Positions 42,635 to 56,890 of a DNA stretch of 64,000 nucleotides are shown here, one piece after another; the stretch's first letter is position 1, and each line of letters begins with the position of its first letter. The DNA lies in the NCBI RefSeq assembly GCF_009914755.1, contig NC_060948.1. One strand, 5' to 3'. Both the position numbers and the translations under genes were made by a program. Below the pieces are notes generated by a model, which was given only the letters and a program-made list of their open reading frames with translations, had not been told where the DNA came from and searched no databases. Source of the stretch: the human T2T-CHM13v2.0 reference genome, Homo sapiens.

Positions 42635-45600
42635 GGACTCCAATGGAATGGATTCAAAAGGAATGGAATCGTACGGAATGGAATCTAATGGAATGGAATT
42701 AAATGGAAATGAATCAAATTGAATAGCACGGAATTGAATTGAATGGAATGGAATGCAATGGAATCTAATGAAACGGAAAGGAAAGGAATGGAATGGAATG
42801 GAATGGGCTGGAATGGAAAGGAATCGAAACGAATGGAATGGAATCGAACTGAAGAGACTGGAATGGAATGCACTGGAATGGAAGGGAGTGTAATGGAAGG
42901 TTCTCGAAAAAAATGGAATCGAATGGAATGGAATTGAATGGAACGGAATAGAGTCGAATGGAATTGAATGGAATGGAATGGACTAGAGTGAAATGGAATC
43001 GAACCACAAGGAATGGACAGGAATAGAATGGTCTCGAATTGAATGGAATCGTATGGAATGGCATCAAACGGAATGGAATGGACAGCCACGGAATGGAATG
43101 CACTCGAATGCAATGGAGTCGAAACTAATGGACTGGAATAGAATGGACTCGACTGGTACGGACTCCAATGGAATGGAATCGAATGGAAGGGAATCGAACG
43201 GAATGGACTCGAAGGGAAAAGACTGCAATGGAAAGGTCTCGAATGGAATGGAAATTAATGGAATGGAATGGAATCGAATGAAATGGAGTCAAAAGGAATG
43301 GAATCGAATGGCAAGAAATCGAATGTAATGGAATCGCAAGGAATTGATGTGAACGGAACGGAATGGAATGGAATCCAAAGGAATGGAATAGAATGGAATG
43401 GAATCGAATGGAAAGGACTCGAATGGAAATCACTCGAATAGAATGCAATTTAATAAAATAGGATGAAATGTAATGGAATGGAATGGAAAGGAATCGAAAC
43501 GAAAGGAATGGAGACAGATGGAATGGAATGGAACAGAGAGCAATGGTATAGAATGGAATGGAATCATCTGGAATGGAATTGAATGGAATGGAATAATATG
43601 AAATGGAATGGAATGGAATGGAATGGAATGCCCTTGAATTAAATGGACTGGAATGGAATGGACTCGAACAGAGTGGAATGGAAAGTGTTGAGATAGATTG
43701 GAATGGACTCCTTTGTAATGGTCTAGTATGCAATGCAATCGACTGGCAGGGAATCCAAAGGAATGTAATGGAATGGATTGGACTGGAATGCAACGGACTC
43801 GAATAGATTGGAAACGGATTGCAAAGGAATGGAATGGAATAGTATGGAATGGAATGGAAAGGAATGGAGTGGAATAGACTAGTGTGGAATGGAATGGACT
43901 GGAAAGCAATAGACTGGAATGGAACTTTCTTGAATGGACTGGAATCAAACGGAATGGAATGCAATGCAATCTAATGGCATGGAATAAAATAGAATGAAAG
44001 AGAATCAAATGGAATTGAATCGAATGGAATCGAATGGATTGGAAAGGAATAGAATGGAATGGAATGGAATTGACTCAAATGGAATGGACTAGAATGGAAT
44101 GGATTCGAATGGAAGGCAAAGGAATGGAATCTATTGGAATGGACTGTAATGGAATGGAATGGAAGGGATTGGAATGGACTCGAATGGAATGGACTGCAAT
44201 AGAAAGGATTCGAATGGAATGAAAAAGAATTGAATGGAATAGAACAGAATGGAATCAAATCGAATGAAATGGAGTGGAATAGAAAGGAATGGAATGAAAT
44301 GGAATGGAAAGGATTCGAATGGAATGCAATCGAATGGAATGGAATCGAACGGAATGGAATAAAATGGAAGAAAACTGGCAAGAAATGGAATCGAAATGAA
44401 TGGAGTGTTATGGAACGGACTCAAAAGGAATTGAATGTAATAGAATGGAGTGGAGTGGACTCGAATATAATGGACTGGAATGGAATGAAATCACATGGAA
44501 TGGGAACGAATGGAATGGAATGGAAAGGAATGGAATCGAATGGAAAGGAATCGAATGGAAGGGAATGAAATTGAATCAACAGGAATGGAAGGGAATAGAA
44601 TAGACGGTAATGGAATGGACTCGAATAGAATGGACACGAATGCTCAAATTGAATGGACTCGAATGGAATGGAAACGAAAGGAATGTCATCGAATGGAATT
44701 GAATCGATTGGAATGAAATCGCATAGAATGGAGTGGAATCAAATGGAATTGAATCGAAAGGAAAGGAAGCGAATGGACTGAAATGAAATGGAATGGAATT
44801 GAATGGAAAGTAATGCAATGGAATAGAATGGAACGAAATTTCACGGAATGGAATCAAACTGAATGGAATCAAATCAATGGAATCTAATCAAATGGAATGG
44901 AAAGGAATTGAATGGAGTAGATTGGATTGGATGGGATTGGAATGAAATGTACTGGAAAGGACTCGAATTTCATGAAACGGAATGGAATGAATTGGAACGG
45001 AATGGACTCGAATGGAATGGAATGTCATGGAATGGCATCAAATGGAATGGCATCAAATGGAATGGAATCGAATGCAATGGAATGCTATGGAATGGAATGG
45101 AATGCATTGGAATGGTATGTCCTCTAATGGAATGGATTCGAGTGGAATGGAATCGAATATAATGGAGTCGAATGAAATGGAATTGAAAAGAATGGGATCG
45201 AATACAATGGAATATACTGGAATGTAATGTAATGAACTCGAATGTAATTGACTGGAATGGAATGTACATGAATGGAATGTAATCGAATGGAAAGTAATCC
45301 AATGGAATAGAAACTAATGCAATAAAATCGACTCAAATAGAGTAGAATGTAATGGAATGGAGTGCAGTGCAATGGAATGGAATGGAATGGAATGCAATGG
45401 AATGGAATGGAATGTTATGGAATGGAATGGAATGGATTGGAATGGGATGGAATGGTATGGAATGGATAGTAATGGACTGGAGTGAAATGGACTGGAAAGG
45501 AATGGACTCAAATTGAAAGGGCTCGAAAGGAATGGAGTCAAATGGAATAGTCTGGAATGGAATGAACACGAATGTAATGCAATCCAATAGAATGTAATCG

Positions 45601-46203
45601 AATGGCATGGAATATAAAGAAATGGAATCGAAGAGAATGGAAACAAATGGAATGGAATTGAATGGAATGGAATTGAATGGAATGGGAACGAATGGAGTGA
45701 AATTGTATGCAGTAGAAGAGAATAGAATGGAATGCAAGCGAAAGGAAAGGAATGGATTGGAATGGAATGGAATTCATTGGAATGGAAGGGAATGTAGTGT
45801 AATGGACAGGCCTGGAATAAAGTGGAATGCTACGGTCTCGAATGGAATAAAAATGTATGGAATGGAATGCAATGAAAGGGAATCGAATGTCATAGAATGT
45901 AATGGAATGCAAAAAAATGGAATCCAAAATCATTGACTGGAAAGGCTGGGTGTCGAAAGGAATTGACTCCAATGGAATGGAATCGAATGGAATGGAAGTG
46001 AATAGAATCGAACTAAATCGAATGGAATGGAATTGATAGGAACGGAATGGAGAGGAATGCAATGATTTGGCATGGAATGCAATCGAATGGCATCGAATGG
46101 AATGGAATGGAATGCAATGGAATGGAATGTATTAGAATGTAATGAACTTTAATGGAATGTACTCGAATGGATTCGACTGGAATGGAATGTTCTGGAAGTG
46201 AAT
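42635..46203 (+). repeat. HOR unit 13 (3569 bp), type Y
   Basis: Same Y marker set as unit 12. Confidence 0.9.
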
Positions 46204-49200
46204 GGACTCCAATGGAATGGATTCCAAAGGAATGGAATCGTACGGAATGGAATCTAATGTAATGGAATTAAATGGAAATGAATCAAATTGAATAGCACGG
46301 AATTGAATTGAATGGAATGGAATGCAATGGAATCTAATGAAACGGAAAGGAAAGGAATGGAATGGAATGGAATGGGCTGGAATGGAAAGGAATCGAAACG
46401 AATGGAATGGAATCGAACTGAAGAGACTGGAATGGAATGCACTGGAATGGAAGGGAGTGTAATGGAAGGTTCTCGAAAAAAATGGAATCGAATGGAATGG
46501 AATTGAATGGAACGGAATAGAGTCGAATGGAATTGAATGGAATGGAATGGACTAGAGTGAAATGGAATCGAACCACAAGGAATGGACAGGAATAGAATGG
46601 TCTCGAATTGAATGGAATCGTATGGAATGGCATCAAACGGAATGGAATGGACAGCCACGGAATGGAATGCACTCGAATGCAATGGAGTCGAAACTAATGG
46701 ACTGGAGTAGAATGGACTCGACTGGTACGGACTCCAATGGAATGGAATCGAATGGAAGGGAATCGAACGGAATGGACACAAAGGGAAAAGACTGCAATGG
46801 AAAGGTCTCGAATGGAATGGAAATTAATGGAATGGAATGGAATCGAATGAAATGGAGTCAAAAGGAATGGAATCGAATGGCAAGAAATCGAATGTAATGG
46901 AATCGCAAGGAATTGATGTGAACGGAACGGAATGGAATGGAATCCAAAGGAATGGAATAGAATGGAATGGAATCGAATGGAAAGGACTCGAATGGAAATA
47001 ACTCGAATAGAATGCAATTTAATAAAATAGGATCAAATGTAATGGAATGGAATGGAAAGGAATCGAAACGAAAGGAATGGAGACAGATGGAATGGAATGG
47101 AACAGAGAGCAATGGTATAGAATGGAATGGAATCATCTGGAATGGAATTGAATGGAATGGAATAATATGAAATGGAATGGAATGGAATGGAATGGAATGC
47201 CCTTGAATTAAATGGACTGGAATGGAATGGACTCGAACAGAGTGGAATGGAAAGTGTTGAGATAGAATGGAATGGACTCCTTTGGAATGGTGTAGTATGC
47301 AATGCAATCGACTGGCAGGGAATCAAAAGGAATGTAATGGAATGGACTGGACTGGAATGCAATGGACTCGAATAGATTGGAAACGGAATGCAAAGGAATG
47401 GAATGGAATAGTATGGAATGGAATGGAAAGGAATGGAGTGGAATAGACTAGAGTGGAATGGAATGGACTGGAAAGCAATGGACTGGAATGGATCTTTCTT
47501 GAAAGGACTGGAATCAAACGGAATGGAATGCAATGCAATCAAATGGCATGGAATAAAATAGAATGAAAGAGAATCAAATGGAATTGAATCGAATGGAATC
47601 GAATGGATTGGAAAGGAATAGAATGGAATGGAATGGAATTGACTCAAATGGAATGGACTAGAATGGAATGGATTCGAATGGAAGGCAAAGGAATGGAATC
47701 TATTGGAATGGACTGTAATGGAATGGAATGGAAGGGATTGGAATGGACTCGAATGGAATGGACTGCAATAGAAAGGATTCGAATGGAATGAAAAAGAATT
47801 GAATGGAATAGAACAGAATGGAATCAAATCGAATGAAATGGAATGGAATAGAAAGGAATGGAATGAAATGGAATGGAAAGGATTCGAATGGAATGCAATC
47901 GAATGGAATGGAATCGAACGGAATGGAATAAAATGGAAGAAAACTGGCAAGAAATGGAATCGAAATGAATGGAGTGTTATGGAACGGACTCAAAAGGAAT
48001 TGAATGTAATAGAATGGAGTGGAGTGGACTCGAATATAATGGACTGGAATGGAATGAAATCACATGGAATGGGAACGAATGGAATGGAATGGAAAGGAAT
48101 GGAATCGAATGGAAAGGAATCGAATGGAAGGGAATGAAATTGAATCAACAGGAATGGAAGGGAATAGAATAGACGGTAATGGAATGGACTCGAATAGAAT
48201 GGACACGAATGCTCAAATTGAATGGACTCGAATGGAATGGAAACGAAAGGAATGTCATCGAATGGAATTGAATCGATTGGAATGAAATCGCATAGAATGG
48301 AGTGGAATCAAATGGAATTGAATCGAAAGGAAAGGAAGCGAATGGACTGAAATGAAATGGAATGGAATTGAATGGAAAGTAATGCAATGGAATAGAATGG
48401 AACGAAATTTCACGGAATGGAATCAAACTGAATGGAATCAAATCAATGGAATCTAATCAAATGGAATGGAAAGGAATTGAATGGAGTAGATTGGATTGGA
48501 TGGGATTGGAATGAAATGTACTGGAAAGGACTCGAATTTCATGAAACGGAATGGAATGAATTGGAACGGAATGGACTCGAATGGAATGGAATGTCATGGA
48601 ATGGCATCAAATGGAATGGCATCAAATGGAATGGAATCGAATGCAATGGAATGCTATGGAATGGAATGGAATACATTGGAATGGAATGTCCTCTAATGGA
48701 ATGGATTCGAGTGGAATGGAATCGAATATAATGGAGTCGAATGAAATGGAATTGAAAAGAATGGGATCGAATACAATGGAATATACTGGAATGTAATGTA
48801 ATGAACTCGAATGTAATTGACTGGAATGGAATGTACATGAATGGAATGTAATCGAATGGAAGGTAATCCAATGGAATAGAAACTAATGCAATAAAATCGA
48901 CTCAAATAGAGTAGAATATAATGGAATGGAGTGCAGTGCAATGGAATGGAATGGAATGGAATGCAATGGAATGGAATGGAATGTTATGGAATGGAATGGA
49001 ATGGATTGGAATGGGATGGAATGGTATGGAATGGATAGTAATGGACTGGAGTGAAATGGACTGGAAAGGAATGGAATCAAATTGAAAGGGCTCGAAAGGA
49101 ATGGAGTCAAATGGAATAGTCTGGAATGGAATGAACACGAATGTAATGCAATCCAATAGAATGTAATCGAATGGCATGGAATATAAAGAAATGGAATCGA

Positions 49201-49772
49201 AGAGAATGGAAACAAATGGAATGGAATTGAATGGAATGGAATTGAATGGAATGGGAACGAATGGAGTGAAATTGTATGCAGTAGAAGAGAATAGAATGGA
49301 ATGCAAGCGAAAGGAAAGGAATGGATTGGAATGGAATGGAATTCATTGGAATGGAAGGGAATGTAGTGTAATGGACAGGCCTGGAATAAAGTGGAATGCT
49401 ACGGTCTCGAATGGAATAAAAATGTATGGAATGGAATGCAATGAAACGGAATCGAATGTCATAGAATGTAATGGAATGCAACAAAATGGAATCCAAAATC
49501 ATTGACTGGAAAGGCTGGGTGTCGAAAGGAATTGACTCCAATGGAATGGAATCGAATGGAATGGAAGTGAATAGAATCGAACTAAATCGAATGGAATGGA
49601 ATTGATAGGAACGGAATGGAGAGGAATGCAATGATTTGGCATGGAATGCAATCGAATGGCATCGAATGGAATGGAATGGAATGCAATGGAATGGAATGTA
49701 TTAGAATGTAATGAACTTTAATGGAATGTACTCGAATGGATTCGACTGGAATGGAATGTTCTGGAAGTGAAT
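46204..49772 (+). repeat. HOR unit 14 (3569 bp), type X
   Basis: Same X marker set as unit 11. Confidence 0.9.
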
Positions 49773-52700
49773 GGACTCCAATGGAATGGATTCAAAAGGA
49801 ATGGAATCGTACGGAATGGAATCTAATGGAATGGAATTAAATGGAAATGAATCAAATTGAATAGCACGGAATTGAATTGAATGGAATGGAATGCAATGGA
49901 ATCTAATGAAACGGAAAGGAAAGGAATGGAATGGAATGGAATGGGCTGGAATGGAAAGGAATCGAAACGAATGGAATGGAATCGAACTGAAGAGACTGGA
50001 ATGGAATGCACTGGAATGGAAGGGAGTGTAATGGAAGGTTCTCGAAAAAAATGGAATCGAATGGAATGGAATTGAATGGAACGGAATAGAGTCGAATGGA
50101 ATTGAATGGAATGGAATGGACTAGAGTGAAATGGAATCGAACCACAAGGAATGGACAGGAATAGAATGGTCTCGAATTGAATGGAATCGTATGGAATGGC
50201 ATCAAACGGAATGGAATGGACAGCCACGGAATGGAATGCACTCGAATGCAATGGAGTCGAAACTAATGGACTGGAATAGAATGGACTCGACTGGTACGGA
50301 CTCCAATGGAATGGAATCGAATGGAAGGGAATCGAACGGAATGGACTCGAAGGGAAAAGACTGCAATGGAAAGGTCTCGAATGGAATGGAAATTAATGGA
50401 ATGGAATGGAATCGAATGAAATGGAGTCAAAAGGAATGGAATCGAATGGCAAGAAATCGAATGTAATGGAATCGCAAGGAATTGATGTGAACGGAACGGA
50501 ATGGAATGGAATCCAAAGGAATGGAATAGAATGGAATGGAATCGAATGGAAAGGACTCGAATGGAAATCACTCGAATAGAATGCAATTTAATAAAATAGG
50601 ATGAAATGTAATGGAATGGAATGGAAAGGAATCGAAACGAAAGGAATGGAGACAGATGGAATGGAATGGAACAGAGAGCAATGGTATAGAATGGAATGGA
50701 ATCATCTGGAATGGAATTGAATGGAATGGAATAATATGAAATGGAATGGAATGGAATGGAATGGAATGCCCTTGAATTAAATGGACTGGAATGGAATGGA
50801 CTCGAACAGAGTGGAATGGAAAGTGTTGAGATAGAATGGAATGGACTCCTTTGTAATGGTCTAGTATGCAATGCAATCGAGTGGCAGGGAATCCAAAGGA
50901 ATGTAATGGAATGGATTGGACTGGAATGCAACGGACTCGAATAGATTGGAAACGGATTGCAAAGGAATGGAATGGAATAGTATGGAATGGAATGGAAAGG
51001 AATGGAGTGGAATAGACTAGTGTGGAATGGAATGGACTGGAAAGCAATAGACTGGAATGGAACTTTCTTGAATGGACTGGAATCAAACGGAATGGAATGC
51101 AATGCAATCTAATGGCATGGAATAAAATAGAATGAAAGAGAATCAAATGGAATTGAATCGAATGGAATCGAATGGATTGGAAAGGAATAGAATGGAATGG
51201 AATGGAATTGACTCAAATGGAATGGACTAGAATGGAATGGATTCGAATGGAAGGCAAAGGAATGGAATCTATTGGAATGGACTGTAATGGAATGGAATGG
51301 AAGGGATTGGAATGGACTCGAATGGAATGGACTGCAATAGAAAGGATTCGAATGGAATGAAAAAGAATTGAATGGAATAGAACAGAATGGAATCAAATCG
51401 AATGAAATGGAGTGGAATAGAAAGGAATGGAATGAAATGGAATGGAAAGGATTCGAATGGAATGCAATCGAATGGAATGGAATCGAACGGAATGGAATAA
51501 AATGGAAGAAAACTGGCAAGAAATGGAATCGAAATGAATGGAGTGTTATGGAACGGACTCAAAAGGAATTGAATGTAATAGAATGGAGTGGAGTGGACTC
51601 GAATATAATGGACTGGAATGGAATGAAATCACATGGAATGGGAACGAATGGAATGGAATGGAAAGGAATGGAATCGAATGGAAAGGAATCGAATGGAAGG
51701 GAATGAAATTGAATCAACAGGAATGGAAGGGAATAGAATAGACGGTAATGGAATGGACTCGAATAGAATGGACACGAATGCTCAAATTGAATGGACTCGA
51801 ATGGAATGGAAACGAAAGGAATGTCATCGAATGGAATTGAATCGATTGGAATGAAATCGCATAGAATGGAGTGGAATCAAATGGAATTGAATCGAAAGGA
51901 AAGGAAGCGAATGGACTGAAATGAAATGGAATGGAATTGAATGGAAAGTAATGCAATGGAATAGAATGGAACGAAATTTCACGGAATGGAATCAAACTGA
52001 ATGGAATCAAATCAATGGAATCTAATCAAATGGAATGGAAAGGAATTGAATGGAGTAGATTGGATTGGATGGGATTGGAATGAAATGTACTGGAAAGGAC
52101 TCGAATTTCATGAAACGGAATGGAATGAATTGGAACGGAATGGACTCGAATGGAATGGAATGTCATGGAATGGCATCAAATGGAATGGCATCAAATGGAA
52201 TGGAATCGAATGCAATGGAATGCTATGGAATGCAATGGAATGCATTGGAATGGTATGTCCTCTAATGGAATGGATTCGAGTGGAATGGAATCGAATATAA
52301 TGGAGTCGAATGAAATGGAATTGAAAAGAATGGGATCGAATACAATGGAATATACTGGAATGTAATGTAATGAACTCGAATGTAATTGACTGGAATGGAA
52401 TGTACATGAATGGAATGTAATCGAATGGAAAGTAATCCAATGGAATAGAAACTAATGCAATAAAATCGACTCAAATAGAGTAGAATGTAATGGAATGGAG
52501 TGCAGTGCAATGGAATGGAATGGAATGGAATGCAATGGAATGGAATGGAATGTTATGGAATGGAATGGAATGGATTGGAATGGGATGGAATGGTATGGAA
52601 TGGATAGTAATGGACTGGAGTGAAATGGACTGGAAAGGAATGGACTCAAATTGAAAGGGCTCGAAAGGAATGGAGTCAAATGGAATAGTCTGGAATGGAA

Positions 52701-53341
52701 TGAACACGAATGTAATGCAATCCAATAGAATGTAATCGAATGGCATGGAATATAAAGAAATGGAATCGAAGAGAATGGAAACAAATGGAATGGAATTGAA
52801 TGGAATGGAATTGAATGGAATGGGAACGAATGGAGTGAAATTGTATGCAGTAGAAGAGAATAGAATGGAATGCAAGCGAAAGGAAAGGAATGGATTGGAA
52901 TGGAATGGAATTCATTGGAATGGAAGGGAATGTAGTGTAATGGACAGGCCTGGAATAAAGTGGAATGCTACGGTCTCGAATGGAATAAAAATGTATGGAA
53001 TGGAATGCAATGAAAGGGAATCGAATGTCATAGAATGTAATGGAATGCAAAAAAATGGAATCCAAAATCATTGACTGGAAAGGCTGGGTGTCGAAAGGAA
53101 TTGACTCCAATGGAATGGAATCGAATGGAATGGAAGTGAATAGAATCGAACTAAATCGAATGGAATGGAATTGATAGGAACGGAATGGAGAGGAATGCAA
53201 TGATTTGGCATGGAATGCAATCGAATGGCATCGAATGGAATGGAATGGAATGCAATGGAATGGAATGTATTAGAATGTAATGAACTTTAATGGAATGTAC
53301 TCGAATGGATTCGACTGGAATGGAATGTTCTGGAAGTGAAT
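49773..53341 (+). repeat. HOR unit 15 (3569 bp), type Y
   Basis: Y markers; shares CTATGGAATGCAATGG with unit 12 only. Confidence 0.9.
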
Positions 53342-56300
53342 GGACTCCAATGGAATGGATTCAAAAGGAATGGAATCGTACGGAATGGAATCTAATGGAA
53401 TGGAATTAAATGGAAATGAATCAAATTGAATAGCACGGAATTGAATTGAATGGAATGGAATGCAATGGAATCTAATGAAACGGAAAGGAAAGGAATGGAA
53501 TGGAATGGAATGGGCTGGAATGGAAAGGAATCGAAACGAATGGAATGGAATCGAACTGAAGAGACTGGAATGGAATGCACTGGAATGGAAGGGAGTGTAA
53601 TGGAAGGTTCTCGAAAAAAATGGAATCGAATGGAATGGAATTGAATGGAACGGAATAGAGTCGAATGGAATTGAATGGAATGGAATGGACTAGAGTGAAA
53701 TGGAATCGAACCACAAGGAATGGACAGGAATAGAATGGTCTCGAATTGAATGGAATCGTATGGAATGGCATCAAACGGAATGGAATGGACAGCCACGGAA
53801 TGGAATGCACTCGAATGCAATGGAGTCGAAACTAATGGACTGGAATAGAATGGACTCGACTGGTACGGACTCCAATGGAATGGAATCGAATGGAAGGGAA
53901 TCGAACGGAATGGACTCGAAGGGAAAAGACTGCAATGGAAAGGTCTCGAATGGAATGGAAATTAATGGAATGGAATGGAATCGAATGAAATGGAGTCAAA
54001 AGGAATGGAATCGAATGGCAAGAAATCGAATGTAATGGAATCGCAAGGAATTGATGTGAACGGAACGGAATGGAATGGAATCCAAAGGAATGGAATAGAA
54101 TGGAATGGAATCGAATGGAAAGGACTCGAATGGAAATCACTCGAATAGAATGCAATTTAATAAAATAGGATGAAATGTAATGGAATGGAATGGAAAGGAA
54201 TCGAAACGAAAGGAATGGAGACAGATGGAATGGAATGGAACAGAGAGCAATGGTATAGAATGGAATGGAATCATCTGGAATGGAATTGAATGGAATGGAA
54301 TAATATGAAATGGAATGGAATGGAATGGAATGCCCTTGAATTAAATGGACTGGAATGGAATGGACTCGAACAGAGTGGAATGGAAAGTGTTGAGATAGAA
54401 TGGAATGGACTCGTTTGGAATGGTCTAGTAGGCAATGCAATCGACTGGCAGGGAATCAAAAGGAATGTAATGGAATGGATTGGACTGGAATGCAATGGAC
54501 TCGAATAGATTGGAAACGGAATGCAAAGGAATGGAATGGAATAGTATGGAATGGAATGGAAAGGAATGCAGTGGAATAGACTAGAGTGGAATGGAATGGA
54601 CTGGAAAGCAATGGACTGGAATGGAACTTTCTTGAATGGACTGGAATCAAACGGAATGGAATGCAATGCAATCAAATGGCATGGAATAAAATAGAATGAA
54701 AGAGAATCAAATGGAATTGAATCGAATGGAATCGAATGGATTGGAAAGGAATAGAATGGAATGGAATGGAATTGACTCAAATGGAATGGACTAGAATGGA
54801 ATGGATTCGAATGGAAGGCAAAGGAATGGAATCTATTGGAATGGACTGTAATGGAATGGAATGGAAGGGATTGGAATGGACTCGAATGGAATGGACTGCA
54901 ATAGAAAGGATTCGAATGGAATGAAAAAGAATTGAATGGAATAGAACAGAATGGAATCAAATCGAATGAAATGGAATGGAATAGAAAGGAATGGAATGAA
55001 ATGGAATGGAAAGGATTCGAATGGAATGCAATCGAATGGAATGGAATCGAACGGAATGGAATAAAATGGAAGAAAACTGGCAAGAAATGGAATCGAAATG
55101 AATGTAGTGTTATGGAACGGACTCAAAAGGAATTGAATGTAATAGAATGGAGTGGAGTGGACTCGAATATAATGGACTGGAATGGAATGAAATCACATGG
55201 AATGGGAACGAATGGAATGGAATGGAAAGGAATGGAATCGAATGGAAAGGAATCGAATGGAAGGGAATGAAATTGAATCAACAGGAATGGAAGGGAATAG
55301 AATAGACGGTAATGGAATGGACTCGAATAGAATGGACACGAATGCTCAAATTGAATGGACTCGAATGGAATGGAAACGAAAGGAATGTCATCGAATGGAA
55401 TTGAATCGATTGGAATGAAATCGCATAGAATGGAGTGGAATCAAATGGAATTGAATCGAAAGGAAAGGAAGCGAATGGACTGAAATGAAATGGAATGGAA
55501 TTGAATGGAAAGTAATGCAATGGAATAGAATGGAACGAAATTTCACGGAATGGAATCAAACTGAATGGAATCAAACCAATGGAATCAAATCAAATGGAAT
55601 GGAAAGGAATTGAATGGAGTAGATTGGATTGGATGGGATTGGAATGAAATGTACTGGAAAGGACTCGAATTTCATGAAACGGAATGGAATGAATTGGAAC
55701 GGAACGGACTCGAATGGAATGGAATGTCGTGGAATGGCATCAAATGGAATGGCATCAAATGGAATGGAATCGAATGCAATGGAATGCTATGGAATGGAAT
55801 GGAATGCATTTTAATGGAATGTCCTCTAATGGAATGGATTCGAGTGGAATGGAATCGAATATAATGGAGTCGAATGAAATGGAATTGAAAGGAATGGGAT
55901 CGAATAGAATGGAATATACTGGAATGTAATGTAATGAACTCGAATGTAATTGACTGGAATGGAATGTACATGAATGGAATGTAATCGAATGGAAAGTAAT
56001 CCAATGGAATAGAATCTAATGCAATAAAATCGACTCAGATAGAGTAGAATGTAATGGAATGGAGTGCAGTGCAATGGAATGGAATGGTATGGAATGCAAC
56101 AGAATGGAATGGAATGGAATGGAATGGAATGGAATGGAATGGTGTGGAATGGATAGTAATGGACTGGAGTGAAATGGACTGGAAAGGAATGGACTCAAAT
56201 TGAATGGGCTCGAAAGGAATGGAGTCAAATGGAATGGTCTGGAATGGAATGAACACGAATGTAATGCAATCCAATAGAATGGAATCGAATGGCATGGAAT

Positions 56301-56890
56301 ATAAAGAAATGGATTCGAAGAGAATGGAAACAAATGGAATGGAATTGAGTGGAATGGAATTGAATGGAATGGGAACCAATGGAGTGAAATTGTATGCAGT
56401 AGAAGAGAATAGAATGGAATGCAAGCGAAAGGAAAGGAATGGATTGGAATGGAATGGAATTCATTGGAATGGAAGGGAATGTAGTGTAATGGACAGGCCT
56501 CGAATAAAGTGGAATGCTACGGTCTCGAATGGAATAAAAATGTATGGAATGGAATGCAATGAAACGGAATCGAATGTCATAGAATGTAATGGAATGCAAA
56601 AAAATGGAATCCAAAATCATTGACTGGAAAGGCTGGGTGTCGAAAGGAATTGACTCCAATGGAATGGAATCGAATGGAATGGAAGTGAATAGAATCGAAC
56701 TAAATCGAATGGAATGGAATTGATAGCAACGGAATGGAAAGGAATGCAATGATTTGGCATGGAATGGAATCGAATGGCATCGAATGGAATGGAATGGAAT
56801 GCAATGGAATGGAATGTATTAGAATGTAATGAACTTTAATGGAATGTACTCGAATGGATTCGACTGGAATGGAATGTTCTGGAAGTGAAT
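53342..56890 (+). repeat. HOR unit 16 (3549 bp), Y-start/Z recombinant
   Basis: Y marker at 54172, then Z markers (5-bp deletion ~54310, CTCGTTTGG, GTAGGCAAT, GCATTTTAAT, GCCTCGAAT, ATAGCAAC). Confidence 0.9.
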
